Assembly: GCA_047967505.1 (NCBI GenBank)
Contig: CM106538.1
Origin: Dipteris shenzhenensis
Lineage: Eukaryota
Direction: 5' to 3' (one strand)
Length of the DNA stretch: 64,000 nucleotides
In this document: positions 61,647-64,000 of the stretch, piece by piece
Position numbering within the stretch: the stretch's first letter is position 1
Layout of the letters: the number at the start of each line of letters is the position of its first letter
Notes under the pieces: model-generated
Told to the model about the DNA's origin: nothing
Databases searched by the model: none
Seen by the model: the letters and a program-made list of their open reading frames with translations, nothing else
Position numbers and translations under genes: made by a program

Positions 61647-62378
61647 GACACAATTGAGTTTGAATGAGATTCGAAATGATCAAGACAAAACTGTAACAAG
61701 AGAGACCTTTGCAACGATGGGTATTGGCACAAGGGAGAGTATGAGTTTGACTTTGTAATATTTTTTCTCTCATGCCCGCTTTCCAAAATCAAATTCATAC
61801 TCTACCTGCTAAACTCATATTTTCTAGGAGTTAGAGATATAGTCTTATTGTTAAATTTTCTTGATCAACCCTCCAGAAACAATTGCCCTGATAATGGGTT
61901 CCTTTGCTACCTCGTCCTCTTCTGCCAGTATTATGTGGATTCTCCCAACCAGCCCCTTCTCATTACCAAATTTAAGAGGTAAGTCTTCTAATCCTCTCTC
62001 CATCTTGCCATTCGCCATCCTGACATTCGAATGCTAATCCATAAGTGCAATTGCCAAATTCCAGAGGTAAGCTTTTTATTCATTTCATCTAAGAAAGTCT
62101 GCAATCTTGCATCGAATGTTTGACTAATCATATCAATCTATAATGCTTGTCTCATAACTCCGCTCATTCGGTGCTAGCAGCATCCGGAAAAATCTCCCAC
62201 ATTGTCAATTGAAACAACATTTGACAACAAGCTAAGAAAGAAGACTTTTCACCGCTCGTAATCGTTTCTGCCCCAATCCGAGTTGAAGATATCAGTTATT
62301 TCTTTGAAGTCTATGTTGTTTCAAAATGATCGAATGATTTTAAAGATCTTTCAATGATCTAACATACATTTAAAAAAG

Positions 62379-62790
62379 AAATTGATAGAGCAATATGGAC
62401 AAAAATATGATAAAAAATTTATGCTCTTCCTCCAAATATAGAAGAGATTCTACGTAGTTCTCCTCTGCTCAACACCATCCCTAACATGAAAGAGAATAGA
62501 AAATATTTTCAAGTATGAAGAGGACGGAACTGAATTAGATAAAAATAAATTATTTCATATGAGTAATTGTGCGACCATGTGAGCCAAAAAAAGTAACAAA
62601 AGATGTATGTTGTTCCTACAAATATAGAAGAGATTCTACGTTGTTCTCCTCAATGCAACACCATCCCTCACATGAAAGAGAATAAGAAACATTTTCAAGT
62701 ATGGAGAGGATAGAGATGAATTAGATAAATATAAAAATTTTAATATGAGTAATTGTGTGGAGATGCGAGCCAATAACATTTTATCAAAGA
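62379..62790. repeat. Dispersed AT-rich repeat (two tandem partial units), homologous to the target sequence around 21534-24470
   Basis: GAAATTGATAGAGCAATATG...GAGATTCTAC...CTCAACACCATCC...GAGTAATTGTG is shared. Confidence 0.65.
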
Positions 62791-63279
62791 AAAATCTTTG
62801 AAAGAAGACAATTCAATGAAGCACAAGCTGAAACAAATTCATGAGCAAACCTTTAAGGCAATAAATATTGGCTTATGTGAGCCTCGATAATCCTAAGGTG
62901 AATGCAAACAATGCATTTAACTACGGATATTAAGGAGGTAGATACCATTAAAAAAGTGAATACAGTGCATGTCACTCAACTCAAAGCAAAAGTGACACTT
63001 TTGATATATATTCTCCATTCAACATGGGTGCAGATAAAGGTGTCAACAATCCTGGCCATGGTAAAATGCAAGAGGTAAACATAGTTGTGGAAGTGTATGC
63101 CTTTTACCAAATATTTTTAGGAACATAATTCTTTGTCATTGGGTAAAACTTTCCACAATATAGAGTTACCAACTTGAGTGATGAGGGATGCCCTAAGAGG
63201 GGAGATAGCATCAAAAGGTGAGAATAGATTGAGTGATAGGACCATGAGAGGTGGATGCAGTGAGTAAGTGCGACGCAAT

Positions 63280-63504
63280 TTTAGGGGGGTCACTCATAAA
63301 GATGTAAGAATAGCATGTGGGGAAAACAAAAGAATTTTTTAAACTCAGCTTGTTTTGGCACATTTTTTACATAAGAAGGGTACCATTAAAAGGGGGTATT
63401 CACAGATTGGATACAAAAAGGGTGCTTTTTTTTCTTAATTAAGGGACTCTTCAATTAGTCCTTGAATGCACATGATACAGAACTTACATAAAGTGAACCC
63501 CAAG
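63280..63504. mobile_element. Duplicate of the MITE at 61422-61646
   Basis: Same termini. TSD GACGCAAT/GACACAAT. Confidence 0.7.
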
Positions 63505-64000
63505 GACACAATTGAGTTTGAATGAGATTCGAAATGATCAAGACAAAACTGTAACAAGAGAGACCTTTGAAACCATGGGTATTGGCACAAGGGAGAGTAT
63601 GAGTTTGACTTTGTAATATTTTTTCTCTCATGCCTGCGTTACAAAATCAAATTCATACTCTACCTGCTAAACTCATATTTTCTAGGAGTTAGAGATATAG
63701 TCTTATTGTTAAATTTTCTTGATCAACCCTCCAGAAACAATTGCCCTGATAATGGGTTCCTTTGCTACCTCGTCCTCTTCTGCCAGTATTATGTGGATTC
63801 TCCCAACCAGCCCCTTCTCATTACCAAATTTAAGAGGTAAGTCTTCTAATCCTCTCTCCATCTTGCCATTCGCCATCCTGACATTCAAATGCTAATCCAT
63901 AAGTGCAATTGCCAAATTCCAGAGGTAAGCTTTTTATTCATTTCATCTAAGAACGTCTGCAATCTTGCATCAAACGTTTGATTAATCATATCAATCTATA

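Larger units (their letters stand above)
61294..64000. repeat. Direct repeat of at least 850 bp (61294-62142 and 63152-64000, offset 1858)
   Basis: Near-identical sequence. The second copy runs off the window. Confidence 0.9.

Noticed and set aside
61800-62130. Retropepsin-like remnant (VRMANGK...LPLKFG, minus strand)
   Set aside because: No catalytic D-S/T-G motif is visible, so it is too weak to call.

Overview
Eukaryotic, almost certainly land-plant, heterochromatin-like DNA made of nested transposable elements. It has no intact host gene; a non-flowering plant is my inference only. (1) One young, intact Ty1/copia element (44307-51604, minus) has LTRs identical by eye, an AATGG TSD and a 1418-aa gag-pol. 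Its ~2.4-kb leader holds a dense TGACGTGGC/G-box array and an antisense FRIGIDA-like gene fragment. (2) A young 2.7-kb non-coding LTR element (21630-24330) shares termini with it. (3) A CACTA/En-Spm-superfamily family has non-canonical CACAA termini, 3-bp TSDs and two divergent intron-containing genes (2940-11369, plus derivatives). (4) An older Copia family and its non-coding LARD-like derivative occur in several copies; the derivative may carry a decayed spliced gene. (5) A DUF7869-type DDE transposase gene is split into halves about 39 kb apart. (6) Also present are 8-bp-TSD MITEs, a solo LTR, Gypsy gag remnants and a truncated, frameshifted alpha-expansin pseudogene. A large direct duplication (9372-21307 vs 34917-58047) supplies empty sites that confirm several insertions. 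All family assignments come from motif recognition by eye, not database searches.
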